64,000 nt of DNA from Octopus vulgaris. Its lineage: Eukaryota. The stretch lies in contig OX597825.1 of the NCBI GenBank assembly GCA_951406725.2, positions 15,624,001 to 15,688,000 on the forward strand, given 5' to 3'. The translations under genes were made by a program, and so were the position numbers. The notes beneath the pieces are model-generated. The model did no database searches and had not been told where the DNA came from. It was given only the letters and a program-made list of their open reading frames with translations. This document shows, one piece after another, positions 14,316 through 28,588 of the stretch (position 1 is its first letter; each line of letters starts with the position of its first letter).

Positions 14316-15606
14316 ATTTCTTTACTACCCACAAGGGGCTAAACACAGAGGGGACAAACAAGGACAGACACACGGATTAAGTCGATTACATCGACCCCAG
14401 TGCGTAACTGGTACTTAATTTATCGACCCCGAAAGGATGAACGGCAAAGTAGACCTCGGCGGAATTTGAACTCAGAACGGCTACGCATTTCGCCCGGCGT
14501 GCTAACGTTTCTGCCAGCTCGCTGCCTTCTGTGCAGTAATTATAATTGATTACGTTGATCTATCTTGACTGCCGAAAATATCCAGTTGACGGAATGTGAC
14601 TGAATGATTTAAGAAGTTTGCAATCACAAGACCATTTTTTCGATCCCATTGTGCCCAAAGCTTATGTCACCAGAAACACATCAAAAGAAATATTCCCTTA
14701 AATTTAGCGAAAAGGATTTGCACAATAGTGTCTGATGGAAATACTCGGGACCTCCGTCTTCGAGACCAATCATTCGGCTACGACCATCTTTGGTCACCAT
14801 CTCGTAAAGCATTGTCCAGTTACATCTATATTATTCCTGGGAGATTCGAACAACAACATAGACGCATGTATTATGCACGATAGATTCACTTGGTGCGCTG
14901 ATATACATACATACAACATTTATTCCAAGCGATAATAATGGTTACAAATTTTACGAAAGGCCAACAATTATGCGGGAGCATGAAAGTCGGTTATATTGAC
15001 CCCAGTTTTCAACTTGTACTTATTTTATCAAGCCTGAAAATATGAAAAGCAAATCTGACCTAAGTGGATTTTGAACTCAGAACGTCAAGATGGACGAAAT
15101 GCTGCCAAGCATTTTGCCCGACGCGCTAATGACTCTGCCAGCTCGCCACTTCATTCCAAGAGTTAATAACAAAAAACAATGTTTTTATTTATATTTCTTT
15201 ACTGCCCACAAAGGGCTAAACACAGAGAGGACAAACAAGGACAGACAAAGGGATTAAGTCGATTACATCGCCCCCAGTGCGTAACTGGTACTTAATTTAT
15301 CGACCCCGAAAGGATGAAAGGCAAAGTCGACCATGGCGGAATTTGAACTCAGAACGTAGTGGCAGACGAAATACCTATTTCTTTACTACCCACAAGGGGC
15401 TAAACACAGAGAGGACAAACAAGGACTGACAGACGGATTAAGTCGATTATATCAGCTCCAGTGCGCAACTGGTACTTATTTAATCGACCCCCGAAAGGAT
15501 GAAAGGCAAAGTCGACCTCGGCAGAATTTGAACTCAGAACGTAACGGCAGACGAAATACCGCTAAGCATTTCGCCCGGCGTGCTAACGATTCTGCCATCT
15601 CGCCAC
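14316..15606 (-). mobile_element. Family-A SINE copies (14316-14528, about 14940-15150, and a dimer at 15192-15606)
   Basis: Family-A body and head. TSD tgtg.agtaattata around the first copy; about 50-bp duplication (15144-15195 and 15601-15652) around the dimer. Confidence 0.8.
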
Positions 15607-16412
15607 TTCATTCCAAGAGTTAATAACAAATAACAATGTTTATATTTATATTCCATTAACAATTTTTCCAGAACACAGAAGAAGAATGTCACACCAAGAC
15701 GCAGCATTAACATTCTATTCTTATTATTTAATGCTTTGTTAATTATTTAGTGTTTTGTTTCTTACATGACACTTTATTTTTAAAATTCTCAATGTACTAT
15801 TATATCGCATACATGCAGACACAATGGGTGTTTTGTATTATTCTCAACATGGTGTTAGATTTTTATTCCTCTAATTTGTTTTTACATTTTCAGATAATTT
15901 TTGATTAATTAGAACATTGCAATCACAAATATTAAAATGTACATGGTGAGCAATTACATACAGGAAAAACATTGTTTATATTTCATTTATTCTGGTAGTT
16001 TTTCTGGGCTTTTCTTTTTCAAGATTCACAGAGCGACATCTATGTGTGTTGTATGTATATCTGTATAGAGTATATGCCGTTCGTGTCTATATATATCTGT
16101 AGAAATGAACGCCATGTGTGTATGCATATGTGTGTGTATGCATATGTGTGTGTATGTGTGTCCTGGGTATGATTTTAAACTGCATCCTATAGTGGAGCTC
16201 TGGTTCGAGAGCTTCTGAGATTTGCCACTATTTTTCCCAAGACTATTCTTGCCTGGAGTAGCGGCACCAGTCAGGGTAATGTGATGACAAACCGTCTAAG
16301 CGTGGGGTGGCAGAAATACCCGTGTCAAGGCAAGCAGTAAAAACTGCCGGGAGAGAAAAAAACATGCGGTTTCCCGTGGATAATGTTCATCCCGATTTGG
16401 TAATATCATTAA

Positions 16413-16558
16413 GACGGTGTGCTGAAAAGTTCCTGGTTTTGGGTAAAAGAAAATAGAGGAAGATCAGTTAATTATGATTTTATTCAACATGTTCCCATCT
16501 CATATTCACAGTGTTATTACAACAGTCCTTCAGTTATTCTAAGCCCTGTAAAAGAACA
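16413..16558 (-). mobile_element. Mariner-type transposon 3' end relic
   Basis: TIR-like ...gctgaaaagttcctgg. The reverse complement translates to QGLE*LKDCCNNTVNMRWEHVE*, resembling the mariner transposase C-terminus (GIxKLxxRWxKCxxxxGEYVE). Confidence 0.5.
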
Positions 16559-16957
16559 ACCCAACCTTTCGCGATTCCTTTAAGGCCAGGAACATTTCAG
16601 CATCCTTCGCAAGCATTAACGGTAAACACGCAGAGAGTGGAACCTGTGTTCAGCAGTGCTTGCCTCAATAATCCAGTGATGTTCAGATTACTCTTCATGG
16701 TGACCATATTCCTCATTCTATCAGTCTATCTAGAGAAAGTCTTATGACAACGGAGTGGTTGAAAGCGCACTTATGCCCCGAATAAAGCAGATCTACAACG
16801 GGACTGAATAGCAATGCAAGAGTTCATGGAGTGAAAGTTAGAAATATTATTGACAACGAAGCACAAGAAGTCGCCAATCATTTGCCGAGAGAATGCAATG
16901 TGCAATCACCATATATATATGTGTGTGGGTGTGTGTGAGTGTGTGTGTGTGTATACA

Positions 16958-17280
16958 GGCGCATGGCTCAGTGATTAGAGTGTCGGGCTTACAAACGTGA
17001 GGTTGTGAGTTCGAATCCCGGACCGGGCTGCGTATTGTGTTCTTGAGCAAGACACTTTGCTCCAGTTCCCTCAGCTGTAGAAATGAGTTGCGACGTCACA
17101 GGTGCCAAGCTGTATTGGCATCTTTGCCTTTTCCTTGGATAACACTGGTGGCGTAGAGAGGGGGGGCCGTTATGCATGGGCGACTGCTGGTCTTCCATTA
17201 ACAACCTTCCTCGGACTTGTACCCGGGAGGGTAACTTTCTAGGTGCAATCCCATGGTCAGTCATGACCGAGGGGGGGCTC
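16958..17280 (+). mobile_element. Family-C tRNA-derived CORE-like SINE (second copy about 36894-37221)
   Basis: ggcgcatggctcagtg (A-box), gagttcgaatcc (B-box), tgtgttcttgagcaagacacttt (CORE-like). The two copies are collinear. Confidence 0.8.
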
Positions 17281-17287
17281 CGCATAT

Positions 17288-17327
<40 letters not shown>

Positions 17328-17350
17328 CGGCGTACGTACATTTTGTTCTC

Positions 17351-17549
<199 letters not shown>

Positions 17550-18283
17550 TGTATGTATATATATTATATTCGTATATATATATTACAAGCATAAGAATAT
17601 GTAAGAAAATATATGCATTACACACAGACATGTATGTATGTATGCCTGTATGTATGTATGCATGCATGTATGTATGCATGCATGTATGTATACAATCCCC
17701 TCCATGTATACATCTGCGTGGCAAACAAATCCAAACAAGAGAACCGTAAAAATAAAACATCGAAATGCTGTATTAAGCATCGATTACAATGCAGCTGCCA
17801 AAGTAGCTGTCGATTTGGTTCATCATTAAATGATGTTTAATATTATTAGTCGATGATCCGATGAAACCCTGAAGCGAACAGTTGTATTGAAGCCAACAGT
17901 TAATCGCGCACCGCTGGAAAAAGGATATCGAATGGCACGGTCGGTAGAATAGGTAGTACAACTTACTACCGATCTATAACAACCGAGTTCAAATCCTGCC
18001 GACATCAATTTTATATCCTAATATTTGGTGTCAATAATTAAAGCTCTAATTGTGATTCAAACGCGGCGTACAATATGAGGGTACTGAAAGAGTGTTTGTC
18101 TGGTTATCACTCCGTGAATTCTAATCTCATAGCAAAACTATGGAGATCACTGATATTACACCCTCCACCATTACAGAAGCATGGAATAAGTATTCAGATT
18201 AATGTAAAATTGTTTTTTTATAACTATATCACTGAATAAAAAAGCAGTCATACAAAAGATAGATAGATACACACATATACATG

Positions 18284-18326
<43 letters not shown>

Positions 18327-19094
18327 TTATATATGTATATTGGTATCTATGTACATATATGACAGTATATATATATATTATATATATATATATATATTAT
18401 ATATATAAAATATGAATTAGAGATAAAACCACTATTAGGCAACTCAAACAGTGATAGACATAAACCAATACATAAATAACAAATAATATAAAAATATAAT
18501 TAATATAATATATATATATATGTAAGGTAAGTGTAGGTGCACGATTTGCAGTCATGTGTGTATATATGTGTATGAGTATGCGTGTGTGTGTGATGTGCGT
18601 GTGCGCAGCGCGTATATGAGTATGTGTTCGACTATGCATGTGCATGTTTGTGCCCCGCCACCGCTTAACAACCGGTGTTTGTGAACTTACGTCCACTTAA
18701 TCTAGCGGTTCGGCAAAAACAGAACGATTGGGTAAGTACCAGACCAAAACAAGAAAAAAGAATAACAATTACTGGGGTCGATTCGTTCGTCTAAAAATTC
18801 TTCAAGGATATGCCCCAGCATGGCCGCAGTCCAATGAACGAAACTAGTATAAGTTAATAAGCAAACAGTTACTTGTGTCTGCATTGTGTAGTTCACAGCA
18901 GGATCGTGGTGTGCAGTGACAATTTTCTGAGAATTTATGGCGAATGAATAAAAAAATGTCTTACGTAAGAAAAGATAGGAGAAATTGGATCAGAAGAAAG
19001 TCTTGACGTTGTGTGTTGTGTGTCTTGGAAAATTGTTGGTGAAATTAATATATCGTTGTGTTTTGGCACGAAAACATAAGCTAGTACGATGATA

Positions 19095-19281
19095 TGTGCG
19101 CCTCTGTGTGTGTGATTGTGTGTGTGTGTGTGTGAGTGTGTATGTGTGTGTGTGTGTGAGTGTGTGTCTTTGTGTCTGTGTGAAAGAGAGTATGTTTCTA
19201 TGTGTGTACGTGTGTGTGTCTGTGTGAAAGAGTATGTTTTTTCCGTGTGTGTGTATGTCTACATGACTGTGTGGTACAATA

Positions 19282-19314
<33 letters not shown>

Positions 19315-20135
19315 CTATATGTCTGTGTGAGAAAGTATGTTTCTGTGTGTGTATGTGTGCGTAAGTGTGTGTCTGTGTCAGAGAGTATGTTTCTGTGTGT
19401 GCATGTGTGTGCGTATGTGTGTCTCTCTGTATGTCTATATGAAAGAGTGTTTTTCCGTGTGTGTATATCTACATGTCTGTGTGAGAGAATATGTGTGTGT
19501 GTGTGTCTATATGTCTGTGTGAGAGAATATGTATGTGTATGTGTGTGTCTATATGTCTGTGTGAGAGAGTATGTTTCTGTGTGTATGTGTGTGTGCGTGT
19601 GTGTGTATATGTCTATATGTCTGTTTCAGAGAGTATGTTTCTGTATATGCATGTCTTCGTGTGTGTGTGTATGTGTGTGTCTGTTTGTCTGTATGTCTAT
19701 GTGAAAGAGTGTTTTTGCATGTGTGTATGTCTACATGTCTGTGTGAGAGAATATGTTTGTATGTGTGTGTGCGTGTGCAAGTGTCAATACGTCTGTGAGA
19801 GAGTATGATTGTGTGTGTGAGCGCGTGTGTTTATATATGTCACTGTAAGAGTATGTTTGTGTATGTGTCTCTTTACGTGTGTGTGAGTTCGTGTGCTTGT
19901 TAGTGTGTGTGTGCGTTTAGGCTTATGTGTGTGTGTGTGTGTGTGCATGTGTGTGCATGTATCATTGCGTAATTGCGTGTGTATAGGTCTGCTCGTTCGT
20001 CTATGTGTATACATGAGAATGTGTGTGTTTCTGTGTGTGTGTCTGAGTTTCTCTGCGTGTCAATGAGTCTGTGTGTGTCTGTGTGTATGTGTCTGTGTGT
20101 TTGTCTGTGTGTGTGTTTGTATGTGTATGCATATA
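19095..20135. repeat. About 1-kb degenerate (TG)n-based minisatellite
   Basis: Recurrent unit resembling atgtctgtgtgagagagtatgtttctgtgtgt separated by (TG)n. Confidence 0.8.
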
Positions 20136-20431
20136 TGTACGCTTTTTTTTAAATATGTGCTTAAGAGAGAAATATGCTTTTGTCTATGTGCGTGAGTCAA
20201 TTTCTTTTGCATTATTTTTTTCTTTTCCCATTCTCTTTCAGTTCGTCTTGAGTTATTACATTGCGATTTGTTTACATATACAGATATTTCTTACAATTTA
20301 CTGTTGGTACCTGTTTGTTTTGAATTACATGAAACAGCTGGACAGTTGATTGTCGTAATGTGTATGGACGTATGTATTCATTCATAGTATATGTATACGC
20401 GTATGCATGTAGGAATATATGTGTTTGTGTA

Positions 20432-20467
<36 letters not shown>

Positions 20468-20604
20468 TCAGTAAAATTGGTAGGTACATAGGTATGTTTG
20501 TAGGCATATATATATATATATGCACTGTTGTGTCTGGTAAAAGTCATTTTGTTTTTTTGTCTTATAATTTAACACACTCACCGGTAAAATTTCCACTTAT
20601 TTCT

Positions 20605-20651
<47 letters not shown>

Positions 20652-20733
20652 AACGTATATAAATATATACATATATATATATCTGTGTATATATATACAC
20701 ACACATATACACACACACACACACATATATATA

Positions 20734-20783
<50 letters not shown>

Positions 20784-20800
20784 AACACACACACACACAC

Positions 20801-20832
<32 letters not shown>

Positions 20833-20944
20833 GCTGAAGTGAAGACAGTATGTTCTTCGTCTATCTCCTCACCTTCTTGGAGGTTTTAGGTAAGATTATA
20901 CTAATGTGTCCATCTGTTTTAATTTAATTTAATTCTATGTATTT

Positions 20945-21032
20945 ATGCAGCTGATGATTGCTCTGCATTTAAATTGATGTAATGCTTGCATTGTTCAATT
21001 AAATGGAGTCGCTTGAAACGATCGTACTGCAT
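20945..21032 (+). ncRNA. Type-I hammerhead ribozyme with intact core in a PLE-like end fragment (about 20833-21162)
   Basis: AUGCAG CUGAUGA [long stem II, cauuuaaauuga..aaugc / gcauug.ucaauuaaaug] GAAA CGAUCG UA CUGCAU. Perfect 6-bp stem I, palindromic stem III ACGAUCGU, GUA cleavage triplet. The base of stem II next to the core pairs poorly. Confidence 0.72.
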
Positions 21033-21162
21033 TACCTCTGGATATCCTGTTGCTTATTTTCATTCTAATCATCTTATTTTGAAATTGTATGGATAATTTC
21101 GTACTAAATTCTGGTACCTCAACTTAAGTACCTGATTCATCTGAATCTAAATTTTACTATTC

Positions 21163-21233
<71 letters not shown>

Positions 21234-21330
21234 ATCCAAACATGAAAACACAAAGAGAAAACACAACAACACGAGGACGTGGAACAAGTATAGTATAACT
21301 GGATGCTCAGGAAAGAAGGAAAGAAGGAGG

Positions 21331-21365
21331 GTTTAACGTTTCGAGCGGAGCTCTTCGTCAGAAAC
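21331..21365 (-). ncRNA. Minimal type-I hammerhead ribozyme in a PLE-like non-autonomous repeat (about 21230-21520)
   Basis: Reverse complement: GUUU CUGACGA A GAGC ucc GCUC GAAA CG UU AAAC. Same family at 57651-57855, with an end fragment at about 50007-50058. Confidence 0.8.
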
Positions 21366-21863
21366 ATAGGAAAAGGAAAGATCCAAAGAAGGGAAGACGG
21401 AGGAAAAAAAATCGCCAAGGGTACACACGCGGTCACACATTAACGTTGACAGATGGTGTACCGCAACGGGAAGAAGGTAAGTTTTCGGATCACGTGTCGC
21501 CCCATCGTAAAACCCCTCCAATGCTCCCAGGTGTAACGAATATCTCGTTGTATCATTCATTACTACAATTGAAATATTTTTTCAAACTTTTTCATCCACA
21601 CACAATACTTTCCAGCAACTACTTCGCTAAAAAGACGTCAATAACATGTACTAACTTCACCAGATTATTCGAAAATCTCAGTCTAGCAAAATCTACAACA
21701 AAGATGGACGCTGATTATTCTCATCGGCTTTAGACTAACAAAGTTGAAGCAAAAATTTAATCTTCTTGTCTCCTTTTGTGTTTGTGCATTATACACACAC
21801 ACACACTTATGTATATATGTATATGTGTGTATATATAGATATACATACATATATATATAGATA

Positions 21864-21932
<69 letters not shown>

Positions 21933-21978
21933 TTTGCATGCATATTTTATGATATATATACATATGCATCATAATATG

Positions 21979-22053
<75 letters not shown>

Positions 22054-22145
22054 TATATGTGTATGTGTGTGTACTTATATGCGTATATATTCGTATATAC
22101 GCCTATATACGCATATATATACACATATATATATATATGTATATA

Positions 22146-22188
<43 letters not shown>

Positions 22189-22671
22189 GTGCGTATCTAT
22201 ATGTATATGCATAGACGCATGCGTTGTGGGCCTGTGTGTGCATCTGCGTCTGTGTGTGTGTAAGTGTGAATGTATGTGTGCTCGTGTGCGTACGTCCGCA
22301 TTGGAAATAGCTAGATCTAGCATTAACAAAACAGAACCAACTTTACAATACTGTTTTTATGCAGACACAAAAAGTTAGTGAATGTTGCGTTCAAGACTTT
22401 AGCTTACAATAAAGAATTAAGATGACTGCTAAGTACAGCTAGATACTCGAAATTCATTCTCTGAACACGTGTATCTGGAATTAATTCGCTAAAAGTTTTG
22501 GTATTTAAAGGAACACAATTATTTAATTCATCTTCATTGTTTGTTAAAAAATATTGATACAGATTTTGTCAAACCGCTTATGCGTTAAATACAGACATTT
22601 CTTTGTAGCTTCTAATATATTCTATTCACGTTAGAATTATCTACACATTTTAACAAACCACTAGCAAACAA

Positions 22672-22743
<72 letters not shown>

Positions 22744-22790
22744 TTGTATGTATGTATGCATGTATATGCATATGTATATATGTATGTATA

Positions 22791-23007
22791 TCTCTTCTCT
22801 TATATGTTTCAGTCCAATGACTGTGGCCATGCTGGTGCACCACCATTGTAATCATCATTCCATTTTCCACCTTCGTCGTAGCGGCTTCTGAAGAATGGAG
22901 TTCGATGCTACTGCCCTCTTTTGAGTTTCTTGCTTAGATATTGGCTCATCCGATATCTCTGCGGGCCAGAGGTCAATTTCCCGTTTGAAAACGTCTACAT
23001 CCACTCC

Positions 23008-23010
<3 letters not shown>
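22791..23010 (-). mobile_element. LINE 3' end fragment (ORF2 C-terminus plus 3' tail)
   Basis: Translates to YGVDVDVFKREIDLWPAEISDEP...RAVASNSIL, like the FK..LD..L..(I/V)PDEP...SNSL C-terminus of invertebrate LINE ORF2s. Followed by tail ggtgcaccagcatggccacagtcattggactgaaac. Confidence 0.6.
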
Positions 23011-23062
<52 letters not shown>

Positions 23063-23065
<3 letters not shown>

Positions 23066-23662
23066 ATAAGAAAATGGAGAAATACATCTAAATCAAATAT
23101 CAATTACCAGATAATACTCAATCACATACTTTATTAAACCACCACATAAGAGACTGTAGGGTTAAACATAAAAAAGCAGAACAAATCAGTGTACATAAAA
23201 GAGTAATGTTGTATAATAAGTAGAATATATATAAAAGAGAATATAAATATAAGTAAATATAAATATAAGTATAGATTAAATCTTACAGCTGTTTCGACCA
23301 TGTAGATAAGTATGTCTCATTTTACTAATACTAGCCTTTTATATATTGACCTACCACAAAAGGCTAATATAGGTAAAATGAGACATACTTATCTACATGG
23401 CCGAAACAGCTGTAAGATGTAATCTATACTTATATTTATATTTACTTATATTTATATTCTCTTTTATATATATTCTACTTATTATACAACATTACTCTTT
23501 ATGTACACTTTTTTATGTACATTCCTTTATGTACACTGATTTGTTCTGCTTTTTTATGTTTAACCCTACAGTCTCTTTTGTGGTGGTTTAATAAAGTATG
23601 TGATTGAGTATTATCTGGTAACTGATATTTGATTTAGTTGTATTTCTCCATTTTCTTATCTT
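23063..23662. repeat. About 600-bp near-perfect inverted repeat (arms about 280 bp, spacer about 17 bp) of a PLE-like end, bounded by (TA)n
   Basis: Left arm 23063-23340, right arm 23358-23662 (with one ~25-bp local expansion). Each arm carries the 3' half of a hammerhead, GAAACAGCTGTAAGA. The right arm continues to about 23837. Confidence 0.9.
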
Positions 23663-24838
23663 GTATTAGTAATTTGTGGTAAATCATTTTGCCTTTGCCC
23701 ATATAAAACAGTAAATGATTTGATTGCATCGCAATCCTTAACATTTATGTATTAACTTTGTTGGGTACTTCACTAGCAGTATATTGTATATATGTTATCC
23801 CATGGAGGGTTGCATTTACAACCCCTATCTCAATTTGTATATATATATATATATATCCATACATATATATATATAGTGTACATTTGTTTATAAATATGAA
23901 TAATTAGATTGTGCTTTGGTTAGACTCATTGAGAATTACATATGTTGTGGATAGATTAGCGAAGTAGTTTTGTATACAGTGTTACAGAAGGGTATAGCTT
24001 GTTTGTAAATTGATGGTTGTTAGTAAGTTAAGGTGAGAAGATTTGTTTTGGTTTGATGCAGAATTTTCATACAATTTACGGTTTTGTCAGGCTTATGAGT
24101 AAAGTTGTGATGGCTATCCACATGATTCCAATGAAAGTCAGCACTGCATTTTTTTATGCCGGTGATTATTTCCCTCGGATGTATGGTTTTGGAGATTTTT
24201 CCAAAATAAATCACTGGGGATAGCTGGCGACTGATGTTACTGAATTATTTTTACTGCTTCATACAGCGTTCGATGCTGGAACACTTGACTCTAATCAAGT
24301 CTTGCCCTCGGCATACCTCTAACAGCCGTGTATGTCCACATCAGTATGTGTGTGTATATGTGTATATACGTATATACGATATATGTATATATGTTAGGAC
24401 ATTTGTTCGTAACTTCAAAAATCATCGACGTCTATTAAAAGCCAAGCTCAAAAATAAATAATATTCAACTGTTGCAATAGAATTTTGCCCAAACCACTTC
24501 GTAAATCCATGATAATAATTTTGAAAACTGGAAAACTAAACGAAATATATGATATTTTGCGGCATCTTAAAAAACTGTGATAGCTTTTCTATAATATGAT
24601 TTCTTCAGGTTCAATATTCACTCTCAGCCCATTTAATTTATCAGATACGTACAACTATTTGTATTAATGTTTGGATTCGTGTATAGTTATATATAACAGC
24701 AAATTACATAAACAAATGATAGGCATCTTCGAAGTTACTATTAACCTCTTCTATGTATATTCATATATATGTGTGAATGCGTGTATACATATATGTGCTT
24801 AAGTGTGTGTTGGTGTGGGTGTGTGTGTATATATATGC

Positions 24839-24877
<39 letters not shown>

Positions 24878-25142
24878 TATGGGGTGTGTGTATACATATA
24901 TGTATGCGTTTATGCTTGGCTTTTTTACTCAGAATAGTTATATACGAATACATATATTTTACAGTTGTAATTATATAGACAATTACATTAGGTAAATTTG
25001 CATAGATATCTGCATATCAATCTTCCACAAACGTTCTTTCGTGTGTGTGTGTGTGTGCGTGTGTGTTTGTGTGTGTGTATAACATAATGTAATATACAAT
25101 GTATATTATACATTATATATATGTATACCATATTATATATAC

Positions 25143-25187
<45 letters not shown>

Positions 25188-25205
25188 AGTATGTATGTAT
25201 ATAAG

Positions 25206-25268
<63 letters not shown>

Positions 25269-25544
25269 ACTGTGTGTGCACCTATGTATAATTGAGTATT
25301 ATGATTGATTAAATATGGTCAGAAGGTCTATTATATTTTTCCAGAAGGATTTCTATTATTTAGTAAACATATTTCATACATTTGTAAACACTATATTTCT
25401 TCTATGATTGATCATTTCATTGAGAAATCAATACAATTCCTTTCACACCAATAACGTTACTTTGTATTACATCACTTATCATTTGTTCGGTTCTCGTTTT
25501 ACGTAAATAGTCAGTCAAAACGAAAATTACTAAAGACAGCATAC

Positions 25545-25666
<122 letters not shown>

Positions 25667-25785
25667 TATATATACATATATATACATATATATACATATA
25701 TATATATATCTATACATATATACATATATATATGAATATATATATATACATATATATATATATGTATATTTATATATATGCATAC

Positions 25786-25859
<74 letters not shown>

Positions 25860-26409
25860 CATACATATATATATATAAATATATATATACATGATATATA
25901 AGTATATGAGTATGTATTTTGCGTGTTTATGTATATATACTTAAACATTCATACATAAGTGCGTGTGTGGATATACGTGCATGTATGAGCTGTATATTGG
26001 TGGTATCATTACAGGGCTAATAAAATCAATGAGAATATTATCCATTTTATTAACCTATACTTCAAACACAACAAGTTACTGTATCTTACTGACATCCTCT
26101 ATTTTCTTGCTATCATGAGGTAAAGATTTTCGTGAAACAAAAAGTAATATATACATATACATTTTTGTGTGTTGTAGCGCTTTAGTGTGTGTCAGGAAAC
26201 AACGCTGTGTTATGGTTGTACACTGTGGAATTAGCATGATTGAGAAGAAGAAGAAGATTGAAAAGTTCTGTCAATTTATGAGAGACACTTGGTGAAAAGA
26301 CATTGGTGATAATTGGGTGCTGAGAGATCTTACAAAGCATGCAACACTCAAAGACTTACTTTTGGTAGATATTGTGGTAGCTAAATAGTGTTAGATAGGT
26401 ATATATAAC

Positions 26410-26701
<292 letters not shown>

Positions 26702-26964
26702 TGAGTGATTGATATGAATATACATGTATGTATTATATTCCTTAATATTTTGTAGACAACTAAACCGATTTCATATAACAAGATATTAAATGATATTTAT
26801 CTCTCGCTGGATGGAGAACCTTTTTGTTGATATTGCCATAACAAAACAGTAAACTCCATATACGAATGTGTTTATGCGTGTGTGTATGCGCCCGTGCGTG
26901 TCTGTACGTATGTCTGTGTGTGCGCGCATATATATACATGCATGACTGTGTATGTATATATATA

Positions 26965-27021
<57 letters not shown>

Positions 27022-27026
<5 letters not shown>

Positions 27027-27138
27027 TAATTAAGGATATCTAAGAGATGCCACCAAGCTAGATATAGCAGCCAAAACTTGAGTCTAAGGCTACTATTTCT
27101 AGCATGGTGATATCTTTTAGATATCCTTAATTATAATT
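27022..27138. repeat. 117-bp fold-back inverted repeat adjoining (TA)n
   Basis: aattataattaaggatatctaagagatgccaccaagctagatatagcagcc ... ggctactatttctagcatggtgatatcttttagatatccttaattataatt. A single arm of the same family is at about 38970-39020. Confidence 0.8.
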
Positions 27139-28588
27139 TTAATAATAATTATTACCTTTGAGGCTTTTATTCCCGTGCTGGCCACCTGATAAGATCGGTA
27201 TTTTAAATAACGTTCTTATTCTTATTTATATAAATTTATAAATATATAGCAAAGTGAAATTAAGGTGTGTATATAATACATATATATATATATATATGCA
27301 GTAGAGTTGAATACCTCCATCTACAACACATCCAACATATATATGCATACACGGATCTTGTCTCCTCATCCGTTTTTTCATTTGATACAATGAGTTTCTC
27401 TCCTTCACTCCCAAGAGAGGCAACATGTCTAATCCGATATTCGCATAACGTTTACTCGCGAAACCTCTTAAATTTAGTGAGACGTTCACATACAATTTCC
27501 TGAAGATTTTAACCCTATGAAAATTTCACCTTACCGATTTATCCCTAAAGGAATCGACTAATAAAATATCAAGTTGAACATGAACCTATGCCAAGCTTCC
27601 CGACCTGCAATGACCTGCAAATATCACGAAGATGGTATGATCTATCGTACCTGACTAATAACGTAATTTTCCCAAGGACTACAAAATACATAAACGAAAT
27701 ATTGGGCAGAATGTCAAAGCTGAAAATAACTGTGGAAAGTATTATGCAGTATATTTACCCAATAGTAAAACAAAACCATTTAATTTCAAGATTTATTTAT
27801 GTTTAACAACTGAATGAATGTGATAAAAGCACCTAAATATAAAACATCATAAAAATTGTTCAAACTGAAGTCCTTCTTGAGCGACATATTTTTTCCATTC
27901 GAGTCAATACAGAACTACAGATAGTATTAATGGAATTTTGATTTACTGTCGGGTGACTTTTGGTTAACTGTGTATAATATATAACTGTAGAAGATGTGTA
28001 ATATTAAGTAAGAACGACTTAAGACTTTCATTGAATTCCCAGACTGAAAGATGGTAATTCATTGAGAAAATATGTTGGAGTTCTGGTTGAAAATAATTGA
28101 AAAAACTCTTTGCTACGAAGTGTGTGTGTAAAGCACAATAGGAACAACAAGAAAATCACAAGAGTGCACACTTCTTGAGCTTCGGAAGAAGTTGCATGAA
28201 GTTTATAATTCTGAAGAACAGAAATTGTTTGTGTGTGGTAGAAGAACTTGTCTAAGCATTACATTACTTGCTGTTTTGTTTTGATAACTGAGGAGGTATC
28301 ATCGAGTTAAATTGCCTTATTTATAGAATTTAGGATGTTTATATCTGCGGCGAGAAAGCGTTATGCTTAGAGTAATATGTTTTAAAATTTGTATTTGTAT
28401 CAAAATGCGTTTATTTGTATTGTCAAAAAAGAAACTTTCATATCAAATTTTCTTTCGGGTAGCAATCATTCAAGTTTTATCAGTATTAATGTATATAGGA
28501 CAGAATGAAGCCTTTAAATATCAGATATTTTTTACAACATTCTAGTTTTGCAAATAAACAGGTAGAAATAATTATGTAACAGAAGTTG

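Noticed and set aside
23900-24230. Possible decayed GIY-YIG C-terminus on the minus strand (HNF...KILH...LNLL...ILNE)
   Set aside because: Needs frameshifts and has too few conserved residues to support without a search.
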